This document shows positions 34,286 through 50,749 of a stretch of 64,000 nt of DNA, in pieces (position 1 is the first letter of the stretch; each line of letters opens with the position of its first letter). Below the pieces are notes generated by a model. That model saw only the letters and a list, made by a program, of their open reading frames with translations, searched no databases and was not told the DNA's origin. The translations under genes were made by a program, and so were the position numbers. Origin of the DNA: the human T2T-CHM13v2.0 reference genome, Homo sapiens; the NCBI RefSeq assembly GCF_009914755.1, contig NC_060925.1; one strand, given 5' to 3'.

Positions 34286-36369
34286 CATAATTTTCCAGTA
34301 TCATTGTGAATGTTTAGTTGATGAGGGCAAGAACTTTATCAGTCTTGCCCAATGCTTTATATCCCCAATGTTAGGTGCTCATGAAATGCTGAATGAGCAA
34401 GGTAGGTATTATCCCCATTTTTCAGGTAAGAACACTGAGGCTCGGAAGTTACATAGCTAGCTAAATTATAAAACCCTTGTCCCAGTACTATACTAGTATA
34501 GGTTGTCCATTCCATAATTACTGAAATTATTAACTTCAATATGAGTTAAGAAAAAAATCTCAGGGCATAGTGGCTTGTGCCTATAATCCCTGCACTTTGG
34601 GAGGTCAAGGCAGGATGATCGCCTGTGTCCAGGAGTTCAATACCAGCCTGGGCAACATAGCAAGACCCTGTCTCTACAAAAAATTGTTTAAAAATTAGCT
34701 GGGCATGGTAGCATGTGCCTGTACTCCCAGCTACCTGGGAGGGTGAGGTGGGAGGATTGCTTGAGCTCACACCACTGCGCTCCAACCTGGGCAACAGAGT
34801 GAGACCCTGTCTCAAAAAAAAGAAAAAGAAAAAGAAAAACAATGAAGCATTTGAGCTACTGTTTATACTTGATCACTCACAGCAAAAGTCTGCAGAGTCT
34901 AAGATTAAACTTCCCTAAGCTGCAGATTACCCAATAAATGAGTGTGGCAGCAACAGGAAAGAGATGTCAACAACGCTGAGGATAAAGGATAAAGGGATCA
35001 GGTACAGGTAAGCTCCAAAGAAGAATCATCTCAGTCTGTGGAGAGAAAAGAAAGCTGTATTTTCTGACTTAGTGCCCAGGTCACAGGAATGAATGGAGTG
35101 TTCCAGAACTTCTTTCTTTATCACCCACATTAATCTGTGACATTCATCCACTTCCACTAACCCCATCAAGGGCCAAGTAATGTGCTAGGTGCCACAAGGG
35201 GTACCAAGAATGAGTAAGATGGTCTGTTTGCCAAGATTTTTAAAACTTGGCAAGTGCTAGGAAGAGAAAAGCGGGCACAGGGCAGTCCTCAGATTCCCTT
35301 TCATTTGGGAGCTCAGACTTCCCTCTTTGAAGCCTAACAACAGGCAAGAGCCAGAGGCTTAGGGCCCCAGGTGCAATGCCAGACCCCAAGCAAGAAGGGG
35401 ACATCAATAATCCAACCTGCGGGCTTCCAAATCCGAAATGAGATCATCGATCCCAACCCTAATCTATGGCCCCATTATGTCCCAGATCTAGAAGGGGCCC
35501 AGATCCCAAGTGAGGCCCCTGTTGCCTGCTAGGGCAGATGGTAACTTCAGACTCTAACTCCATGGTTCCTGAGGTCTCAGGCTCATGAAACTCATTTCAC
35601 TAATTTGGGAAAGCCACCTGACCTTTCTGGGCCTGTTTTTTAACCTGTTGATTGATAAAGTTAAAATTTCAAGTTCCCTATAAACAACAACAAAATAAAA
35701 AAAGGAAAAAATAAATAAAAACCAAAGGGAAGGAAGATACAAACAAACAAAAATAATAAAAACAAAATAAAAAAAAATTCAAGTTCCTTTTCATCTAAAA
35801 TCATTTGCGTCATCCCAAGCTGCTTAGCCTTCAGTAGCCTCAGGTCCTAACTCCAAGCCAGGTCCCATGAGCACTCCCAACCCTTATTGTGGACACTACT
35901 CAAAGGTTGCGACTCATGGGTCTCCAGGCTATAAACCAGTTCTACACATTCACCCCCAACTTTCAAACAGGGAGAGCCTTAGGTTTCCTCCCATCTCAAT
36001 TCAACTGGCTCACACAGCACATGTCACCTCTCACTCTGCCCCACGTGTTGGAGATGCTTCTCCTCCCCTCCCCCTAAGTCATAAATCATTATCAAAATCT
36101 CCCGACCTCCAGTGCCTGGAATGTAACCCTGATTCTGGACAATTCACCTCCAACTCGCAGGTAACCTGGGCCATAAAGCTAATTGCCTCCATTCAGCCTG
36201 TAATCTAGATGCCTCGGCCCAGGGCTCACTCTACCCCTCAAACCTTTCCAGTCTCTAGACCCTTAGTGGAATTAATCAGCCCTCACATTCCCTAACCCAA
36301 CACTTCAACACTGAATCCCTCGGGCACTCCAATCCTAACTCAGACTGCCCCGACCTCCAATTTGGACCC

Positions 36370-36960
<591 letters not shown>

Positions 36961-37465
36961 GACGACACCAGCAACAACATTGAAATCCTATTAAATTGCG
37001 CGTGGGAGTTTAAATGGGTAAAATCACTCTTAGAAGACAAATTAGTAATATGTTTCAAATACCCTTTGGTCCAGCAATTCCACTTCCACGAATTCAATGG
37101 ATAAAATCAAGGATATGAGTAAAGATTCGTGTAACAAAGTTGTTAATTGCAACACTTAGCCCAAAAGCCCGAGAAAAACCATAAAATAAAGGCAATACTC
37201 CAAATGTCCAACAATAAGAGATTGGTTAAATAAATTGCAACCAATTTGTATCCTGGAATACCCCTGTTGTATAAGATAATTTAATCATGCGGGAAAATGT
37301 TAGCAAAGCGAGATACAAAATTGCAGTTACAACAAAATCCGAATTTTGGCCGGACGCGGTGGCTCACGCCTGTAATCCCCACACTTTGGGAGACCATGGC
37401 GAGCGGATTACCTGAGGTCAGAAGTTCGAGACCAGCCTGACCAACATGATGAAACCCCATCTCTA

Positions 37466-37690
<225 letters not shown>

Positions 37691-37940
37691 TTAGAGGAGC
37701 ACCTCTCCTTTGTATATTTTAATAGATTTTTTAAAGTTCTATGGTAAATTCTTAATAAGTTTAAAAACTTAAGTTTAAAACAAGTTTTACCTTTATATTA
37801 AGAAAAACGTTAACCTTTTAAAGTCAGGAAAAGATAGTTTTTCTCAAAAGAGATGACCCTCTTGGATAGGGAAATAATTTCTACAGCTTTTTGGTGTGTG
37901 AAAGTTTCATCCAGCTCCAAGGGCCTCTTTGGACCTTTAG

Positions 37941-38282
<342 letters not shown>

Positions 38283-38692
38283 TGATCCGCGCGCCTGGGC
38301 CTCCCAAAGTGCTGGGATTACAGGCGTGAGCCACTGTGCCCAGCCCAGCTGTGGTCTCTTCCTTACCACACAGAAGTCAACATTCATTTCTCATCGCCAC
38401 GCTGGACTTTTACAGTGTACCTGCTTAATCTTGTTGGATACTCCCAATGACATTGAAGGAAGAAAGGATTGTTATGTCTATTATTCAGAATGGAAGCTGA
38501 GGCCTGAAGATACGTAGTGACCAAAGTCACACAGTAGCAGACTCACAATTAAGACTGAGGATGAGCCAGGTCCAGTGACTCACGCCTGTAATCCCAGCAC
38601 TTTGAGAGCCTGAGGGGGGGGCAGATCACCTGAGGTCAGGAGTTCGAGACCAGCCTGGCCAACATGGCGAAACCCCGTCTCTACTAAAATTA

Positions 38693-38893
<201 letters not shown>

Positions 38894-39153
38894 TTACAGG
38901 GCTTATGGGCAGAGGGATGGGAAAACAAGCTGCAGGAAGCCTCTCTGTGGCCAAAATTCACTTCAGTCCAATAAGACCAGAGTTTATTGAAATTTTCTAT
39001 GCACAGGGACCAGGCAAGGGGAGTAGGAGCAGCCTTCCCTTTCTACCATCAATCCCTATAGTGATTGTGACAAGACTTAGGGCTCCCAGGAGGGAAAGTA
39101 AGGAAGACTATCCATAAAGACACAAAGTGTAAGATTTATTCAATACACTTTGA

Positions 39154-40025
<872 letters not shown>

Positions 40026-40278
40026 AAATGATGGTAGCCTCTGAAGTCAGAAAAGGCAAGGAAATGGGTTCTCCCCTAGAGTCTCCAAAGGAACATGACC
40101 CTGAAGATATTTTGATTTTAGCCCCATACGACCTATTTTGAACTCCTGACCTCCAAAACTTTAAGGTAATAAATTTCCGTTCATATAGACCACCAAGTTT
40201 GTGGTAATTGGAAACTAGCAGCCATAGGAAACTAGTACATATTCTTTGGATACAAGCAATAGAAACAGACTCTAGCTA

Positions 40279-40975
<697 letters not shown>

Positions 40976-41073
40976 TCAAGGCTACAGCCAGGTATGATGG
41001 TGTCACTGCACTGCAGCCTGAGTGACAGAGCAACCTTGTCTCTGAAAAAAAAAAAAAAGAAAAAAGACAAAAA

Positions 41074-41591
41074 TCCACACCTGACCTCACGTGACAGGTT
41101 GCAGTCAAAACACAGACATACAACACAGTTTTTTCAGCATCTCCAGGTATTATTTTGATGATGCTACTATGCTGCTTACTTACCCTGAACACATTACTTT
41201 TTCACTGTATTAATGGTCTTTTTTTTTAACTGATAAATGTGAATAAGTGTAAGAAAAATGATACAGCATATAAATTCAGAGTCATGAATGATGGTGACGC
41301 CGAACAACCACAGATTTTCCAGAGGGGTGTCTAAGTGACACTTTTGTTTTCCCATGATTCAGTATACACAAACTTGGTTTTGTGCACAGAATTATTAAAA
41401 ATATTGTATAAAATTACCTTCAGGTTATGTGTATAAGGTCTATATAAAACATAAATGAATTTATATTTAGACTTGGTTCCCATCCCCAAGATATCTCATT
41501 AAGTATATGCAAATATTCCAAAATCTGAAAATGATCCAAAATCTGAAATACTGCTGGTCCCAAGCACTTTGGATTAGGGATACTCAACCTG
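41074..41591. mobile_element. Tigger4/MER46-type DNA transposon fragment
   Basis: Ends with TIR ...ggattagggatactcaacctg|ta; internal Tigger4-like sequence. Confidence 0.75.
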
Positions 41592-41981
41592 TATCTCATT
41601 AGTGAGTATGGGAAGAATGAACTGAGCACAACTCAGCTCTTCCTCCTTTTTTCTCTTTCAAATGTGCCTGCCCTTAAGAAGCACGATTTTTTGCCCTCTT
41701 CCTCCATGTTCTATTAATACATTTCCCACAGTCTAGCCCTCCCAGAGAGGACTATGATTGGTCAGGCACAGTGGCTCACGCTTGTAATCCCAGCACTTTG
41801 GGAGACTGAGGTGGGCGGATCATTTGAGGTCAGGAGTTCAAGACCAGCCTAGCCAACATGATGAAACCCCATCTCTACTAAAAATACAAAAATTAGCTGG
41901 GCGTGGTGGCGGGCACCTGTAATCCCAGCTACTCAGTAGGCTGAGGCACGAGAATCCCTTGAACCAAGGAGGTGGAGGTTA

Positions 41982-42409
<428 letters not shown>

Positions 42410-43496
42410 TCAGGAGGAAAAGTTTAACTTGGGGGTCCAGAATTCATAACCCCACTTTTCTCTCAGTAAATGCATATGTCAAGCAGCTTTGTCAGTAAAA
42501 AGAGTGATATTCTGATCTCCCTGTGCCTTATTTCTGTGGTTATCCCCTCATTTGGGTCTAAACGTGGGTGAGACCACCCCAAAACCCAACAAACAATTTC
42601 TTATGGATGCTATGATTTAAATGACTCAGTTCCAACCAGTTTCTATATCTGTCATTCTGCTCAAGACATTAATTTCTGGCTTGGCTTGGATCTCCTGTTC
42701 ATCCCTTGGCAATGGTGTAAAGGACCTTAATTGACAGTTCCCTCCAGACTACAGAGAATGGAAGAAGTAGTTTCCCAGAAGCAAATTGTGGCAGTTTCCA
42801 AAATAAGAAAGAGATACTGAGCAGGCAGAAACAACAGATGTCCTCTGCAGGGAACTATTGCAAAGGCCCAGGAGAAAGAAAATGCAGGCCTAGACTATGG
42901 AGGTAGAATTAATGGGACTTGACACCAGACCAGATGGGGATAAGAATGACTGAGTTGAGGGGCCAAGCGACTGGGGGGGATGATGGTGCCATTAGTATTC
43001 ATCTCATTCATTCATTAGCTGATTCATTCAACATGCATTTAATGAGCATTTATTATGTGTCTAGTATTGTGCTAGATGCTAAGGATCCAGTGGTAAATAA
43101 TGAGGCCAGGGTCGGTCTAGGCACAGTGGCTCATGCCTGTAATTTCAACACTTTGGGAGGCCGAGGTGGGAGAATTGCTTGAGGCCAGGTGTTTGAGATC
43201 AGCCTGGGCAACATGGCCTGGGCTTGAGCAGTGGGAGGTCCTGCCTGGGACTTTGACCCTTGAGGGACAGAAAGGAAGGGGCAGGGTCTGTTCTTGGCGG
43301 GGAGGTGAGAGTCCAGCAGCAGTGGGTGGACAATGACCAGTCATGTCTGTCCAAGTAGTCTTTTCCTGTACCATGTCTTTGGCTGTGTTCTTAGCCTAAT
43401 TGCTTTTGGTTTCTACTCATGTTTGAAATTTGTGAGAACCCCAGAAAAAATTTAAAAAATTAGCCCGGTGTGGTGGTATGCACCTTTGGTTCTAGC

Positions 43497-43968
43497 TGAT
43501 AGAGCAGGAGTATCACCATCTTGGACAAGCACGGCCATTTTAAAATTCACCTTAATCAAAAACCGTCTAAATCCAAAGGGCATCAGCCTAATGGCTTAGG
43601 TCAGCATGACCATAAACCACAAATAACATCTCCAACCAGAAACATTCCAAACTCCTCCTCAACCAGAGACATGCTAGCCCCGAAATAACCCCCCTCCAGC
43701 TGGGAAGATGCCAGCCCTGAATATAACCCCACACCTGCTGAAAAGATGTCAGCCTCAAGATAACCTCCCCTCTGCCCAGAACATTCCAATCCCGCCATAA
43801 ACTTCTCCCCAACACATAAACATTCCAAGCTTGTAATAAGCCCCCTCACCCTAAAACCAATATATATCTCTGTAAGAGAAAGCACTCCTTATTTTTTCTC
43901 TAAAATAAGCTTGTCTTTAAGGGGTTAAGTCACGTTTCGTGTTTCTTTCTTCTTTCTTAACTCTTACA
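43497..43968 (+). mobile_element. ERV1 solo LTR, LTR15-like, inserted in an AluJ
   Basis: TG...CA termini with exact 5-bp TSD ctagc (43492-43496, 43969-43973); internal short tandem repeats; family name from recall. Confidence 0.8.
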
Positions 43969-45043
43969 CTAGCTACTTGGGAGGCTGAAGTGTGGGAATC
44001 ACTTGCTGCCAGGAGGTTGAGGCTGCCATAAACTATAATTAGCCCATTGTACTCCAGCCCAGGTGACAGAGCGAGACCCTGTCTCTAAAAACAAAACAAA
44101 AGCAAGGTTTCCACCTTTAGAAAACTCTCCACTTCGGGCTGGGCGCAGTGGCTCACACCTGTAATCCCAGCACTTTGGGAGGCCGAGGCGGTCAGATCAC
44201 CTGAGGTCAGGAGTTTAAGACCAGCGTGGCCAGCATGGTGAAACCCTGTCTCTACTAAAAATACCAAAATTAGCCAGGTGTGGTGGCATGTGCCTGTAAT
44301 CCCAGCTACTTAGGAGGCTGAGGCAGGAGAATCACTTGAACCTAGGAGGCAGAGGTTGTAGTGGGCTGAGACTGTGCCACTGCACTCTAGACTGGGTGAC
44401 AGAGCAAGACCCCATCTCAAAAAAAAAAAAAGAAAAGAAAAGAAAACTCTCCACTTCTACAGAACTTGCAGTCAAGCGGGGGAAAAAAACAAAAAAAACA
44501 ACAAATAAGACATTGACGGAGTCTGTGCTGGGAAAGGTACAGGCTTCAGTAACAGCACAATAGAGGAGCCCCCAGCTCAGATTTGAGGGGAAATGATGTG
44601 TAAGTGAGATGAAACCTTAAGAACAAGGAGGATTTGCTTAGGGAAGAGAGGGAAGAAGGGTATTCTAGACAAAGGGAATGGCATGTGCAAAGGCCTGGAG
44701 TTAAGAAAGATTATGACAAGAGGTTGGGCGTGGTGGCTCATGCCTGTAATCTCAACACTTTGGGAGGCCGAGGTGGGCAGATCACCTGAGGTCAGGAGTT
44801 CAGGACCAGCCTGGCCAACATGGTGAAACCCCATCCCTACTAAAAATACAAAAATTAGCCAGGTATGGTGGCGAGCATCTGTGATCCCAGCTACTCGGGA
44901 GGCTGAGGCATGAGAATCACTTGAACCTGGGAGGCGGAGGTTTCAGTGAGCCAAGATCATGCCACTGCACTCCAGCCTGAGGGATAGAGCAAGACCCTAT
45001 CTCCAAAAAAAAAAAAGAAATATTATAGAAAGTTGAGGGGAAC

Positions 45044-45471
45044 TGTGATATTTGGCAGAGGAACACCCCTCTTGTGTTGTGGAAATCCTTCACTGCAAGG
45101 AACTTGGGGGAAAACAGAGCCACCCTGCAGAAGCTGAAAGGGCAGACTCTTGCCTGCCTTCTTGGCAACAGGGGAGTGAGCACGTGACCAGGCTTGGCCA
45201 GTGGGATGTCCTGCCCAGGACTTTGACTCTTGAGGGAGAGAGAGGAAGGGGCAGGGCCTGTTCTTGGTGGGGAGGTAAGAGTCCAGCCTCAGTGGGTGGA
45301 CCGTGGCCAGTGGTGGCTGTCCAGGTAGGCTTTTCCTGTGCCATGTCTTTGGCTGTGTTCTTAGCCTAATTACTTTTGGTTCCTACTCATGTTTGGAATT
45401 GGTGAAAACCTCACAGTATTCAATAAATTCCTTCACTGCTTAGGTTAGCCACCAAGACTTCTGTTTGGTAC
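45044..45471 (+). mobile_element. Ancient ERVL-type LTR (LTR33-like)
   Basis: cacgtgaccaggcttggccagt...ggactttgactcttgag and terminal caataaattccttcactgctaggttagcca motifs. Confidence 0.55.
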
Positions 45472-46181
45472 AGAGTTGAAAGAGGGTCAGTCTGGCTGGA
45501 GTTACAACTCAAGAGGGTAAGGAAAGAAAAAAGGGGGAGAGGAGACAGGGTCCTATGGGAAATTCTCTTGGGGGCTTTTGTGGGAGGCTTTGCTTTCCAG
45601 GAAAAAGAGATGCACAAGAAGAAAAACTCCCTTCCTGCCTGCCTCAGGGATGATGCAGCGCTTGAAATGTAGCAGCTATCTTGGGACCAGGAGGGGAGAG
45701 CTGCGAGACTCAGAGGGAAGCTGACCTAGGGTCTGACATCACTGAGCTGCTGAATTAAGCAACTCAGATGTCACCTTCTTCCACACTTCCTGTGATGAGA
45801 GATAAACCCCTAATGTTCAAACCGCATCTATGTCGGCATTCTGATACTCACTGCCCAAAGCACCTTATGTGACATGGCAAGTAACTTAACCCTGCTGGGC
45901 CTCAATTTCTCTTTGCAAAATCAGGATGCCGATACCCACTTCACAGGATCACAGTGAGTATCAGATTACATAATGGATGTAAAGTACTTAGCACGGTGCC
46001 CTACTCATGGTAAGCACTCAGTAAATGTTAACTATTACTACCTGCGTCAAAGACATAGAGGAGATGAGCTTGTTTTGTGGGAGGGTAGAGAGGAGAGAAG
46101 AATGACGACTAAAAGCTGGGAAGCCAACACTTGAGGGGAAAGGAATCAGAGAATGACTAGAGACTAAAGAAGAAAACCTGA

Positions 46182-46424
<243 letters not shown>

Positions 46425-46435
46425 TGAACTCCTGA

Positions 46436-46752
<317 letters not shown>

Positions 46753-47952
46753 TGACTCAAGTGATCCACCCACCTCGGCCTCCCAAAGTGCTGGGATTAC
46801 AAGCATGAGCCAATGCCCTCAGCCCATTCTATCAATTTTTATCTGCCCTGTAAGGCCTTTGTTGATCTTTCCTTCCTTCCCAAGCCTGGCCTTTGTCCCA
46901 TCTCTTCACTTAACTCTGTTAAATGTGGGGTTCATGATATCAGCTTGACAATCCCAGATTCTTTCATTCAGGAATTCTCTGGACATGCATCAAATATATC
47001 TCTTGGAGACACTCTCATTTCCAGGAGTTCCCAGTTGATATGCAAATTAGGCCTTTATAGTTACTTCCAGACACTTGGAAACTGTGAGTAAAGCTTCTCC
47101 AGTCTGCCTCTCCAGTCTATTCTATTAACCACTATGCTATGTTGTCTCTCATATGTAGTGGGACACTGATTAGTGTTTATTGATAGAAATGATGAAGAAG
47201 GAGTGTTACCAAAGCCAAATAAAAAGTTTCTGGGAGTGTATTAGTCAGCTTCAGCTAAGTTATATTGCAGCGACAAATAACCCCAAAATATCAGCTTACA
47301 GAAAGGGTTACATGTTAGCTGCAGGTGATGCAGGCTGAAGGTTCGGTTCTTGGAAGAGAGGGAAAAGGTACACTGGTATGCTGGTATAACTTGCATTAGA
47401 GAAAGCTGATAGTGTATATCTCTTCCCAACTTTGTGCTCAGTAATGTCACATTGGTAGCTTGAAATCAGTTATGGTGGAAGTACATATACTACAGAATGT
47501 GGCAAATATTTTCCCTCTAGAAGAGCCAGTTGTTAAATGTTTACTAGCACAGGACTGGAAAAAAGGAAAATGATGGGATCTCTTGTTGGCCCTTAAACCT
47601 TCTGCCTAGAAATGGCACAGGCCATGGAAATGCTACAGGTCACATGCACTTACATTGTACTTGTCAAAGCAAGTCTCATGGACAAGCTGCAGTCAATGGG
47701 GCCAGGAATGTACTTCTTCCACTGAGAGGCACTCAGTAGGTGAGGCAGGGAATATTCATGAACAATAGCACAATCTTCCTTCCTGGCGGAGTCAAAGGTG
47801 AGGACTGAGAAAAATCCCTTGGAATTGGCCTCAAGGAGTTTGCCCTTTAACATGAGAGCAGTTTCAGCTGAAGGAAGTGACTTTTATTTTACTCTTGCCT
47901 GTGGTGATCAGAGTTCTCCACCGATTAATTTTTAAAAGTTACCATTTATTGA

Positions 47953-48159
<207 letters not shown>

Positions 48160-48670
48160 TGAGTAGGTGGGACTACAGGTGCACACCACCACACCTGGCT
48201 AATTTGCCAGAACTATTATATCCCTACTTGATGCATGGGGAAACTGAGGCTTAACTCGGCATGGTTAATTGGCTTGCTTGAAATCACACAGCCGGTGAAG
48301 TCTCCCACCACACAGCATTTTCTTTTGTGGCAGACTGTACTGTTTTCCACAAATATTTGATGTCTCTTGCTGTGAAAGGATTATTTGTTTCTGTTCTGTT
48401 GAACTTGGGTGAGGGCATATGACTTGCACTGGCCAGTGAAATGAGAACAGAAGTAGCGTGCATGACAATTCAAGGGAGAAGCTTTTGAGAGCCAGGGCAG
48501 GATTCACATGTTCTTTTCACCTCAGCAGTCATGGCAGACTGTTGAGATGGAACCTCCACCAGACTAGGTCCCTGAGAGACAAACCACCTGCAGCAGAGCC
48601 CCCTAGTCAATCCAAATGAGCAGGTAGTATGAGCAAGGGTTTTATTTATTTTTATTTTTTATTTTTTTGA

Positions 48671-49122
<452 letters not shown>

Positions 49123-49575
49123 TAGAGATGTAGACTGAGTTCCAGGGGGTTTGTGGACTTTAAGTTCCAGTTACCTACACAGACCAACTCCCCCCTACCT
49201 GGCAGCGTGCATCTCTCCTGTGTCTTTTTTTGGGCTTCACAGCCCACTTGACCTAGGACCGCTTCCCAATTTTTGTAACATGCTTCCTGTTCCTTTGTCA
49301 ACCAAACCACAACCATGAGATGTGGTTTTCTAAAGAACTGGCTAAGTCCAAGCCACCTGAACAAGCAAAGCCTTTCTACTACTGTTTTGAGGTCACTGTG
49401 GCGAAATTCCGATTTCCATAAAAGTCGCCAGCTTCCAAGAAAAGGCGTATGATATTAACAGCAACAAAAACGCCCTCAGCTGGGAAATGCTACACATTAG
49501 ACATGGCCTGTGAGGAAATCCTTGTGGAGGGAATCAAAGTGCTGGGATTACAGGTGTGAGCCACCACGCCCGGCC

Positions 49576-50292
<717 letters not shown>

Positions 50293-50749
50293 TGGTTAGG
50301 AAACAGACTCAGCTACTATAGCAGAGACTCCAAAATAACAATGACTTAGACAAGATAGGTGCTTACTTCTTGCTTATGTCAAAACCCTGGCAGGCAAGGG
50401 GCAGTGGATATGGTGGCTCTACCATCAGGGAACCCTGGCTTTTTCTGTCTCCTTGGTTTGACATCAACATGCGGCTTCCTTCCTGTGGTCCAAAAGGGCA
50501 GCTCCAGCTCCTACCATCACTTCTGCATTTCAGCCAGCAGGAAGGAGTAATGGGGCAGTGGGGGATGCCCCCCTTCCCTCTAAAGGCATAACCTGGAATT
50601 GCACCTGTTACTTTCATTCTCATTGCACTGACCGGAACTTAGTTACAATGCCACGACTAGCAGCCGGGGTACTGGGAAACATAGCTTTTATTCTGGACAG
50701 ACATATGCCTAGCCAACAGGTAGAGGCTCTATTACTAAAGGAAGAATAG

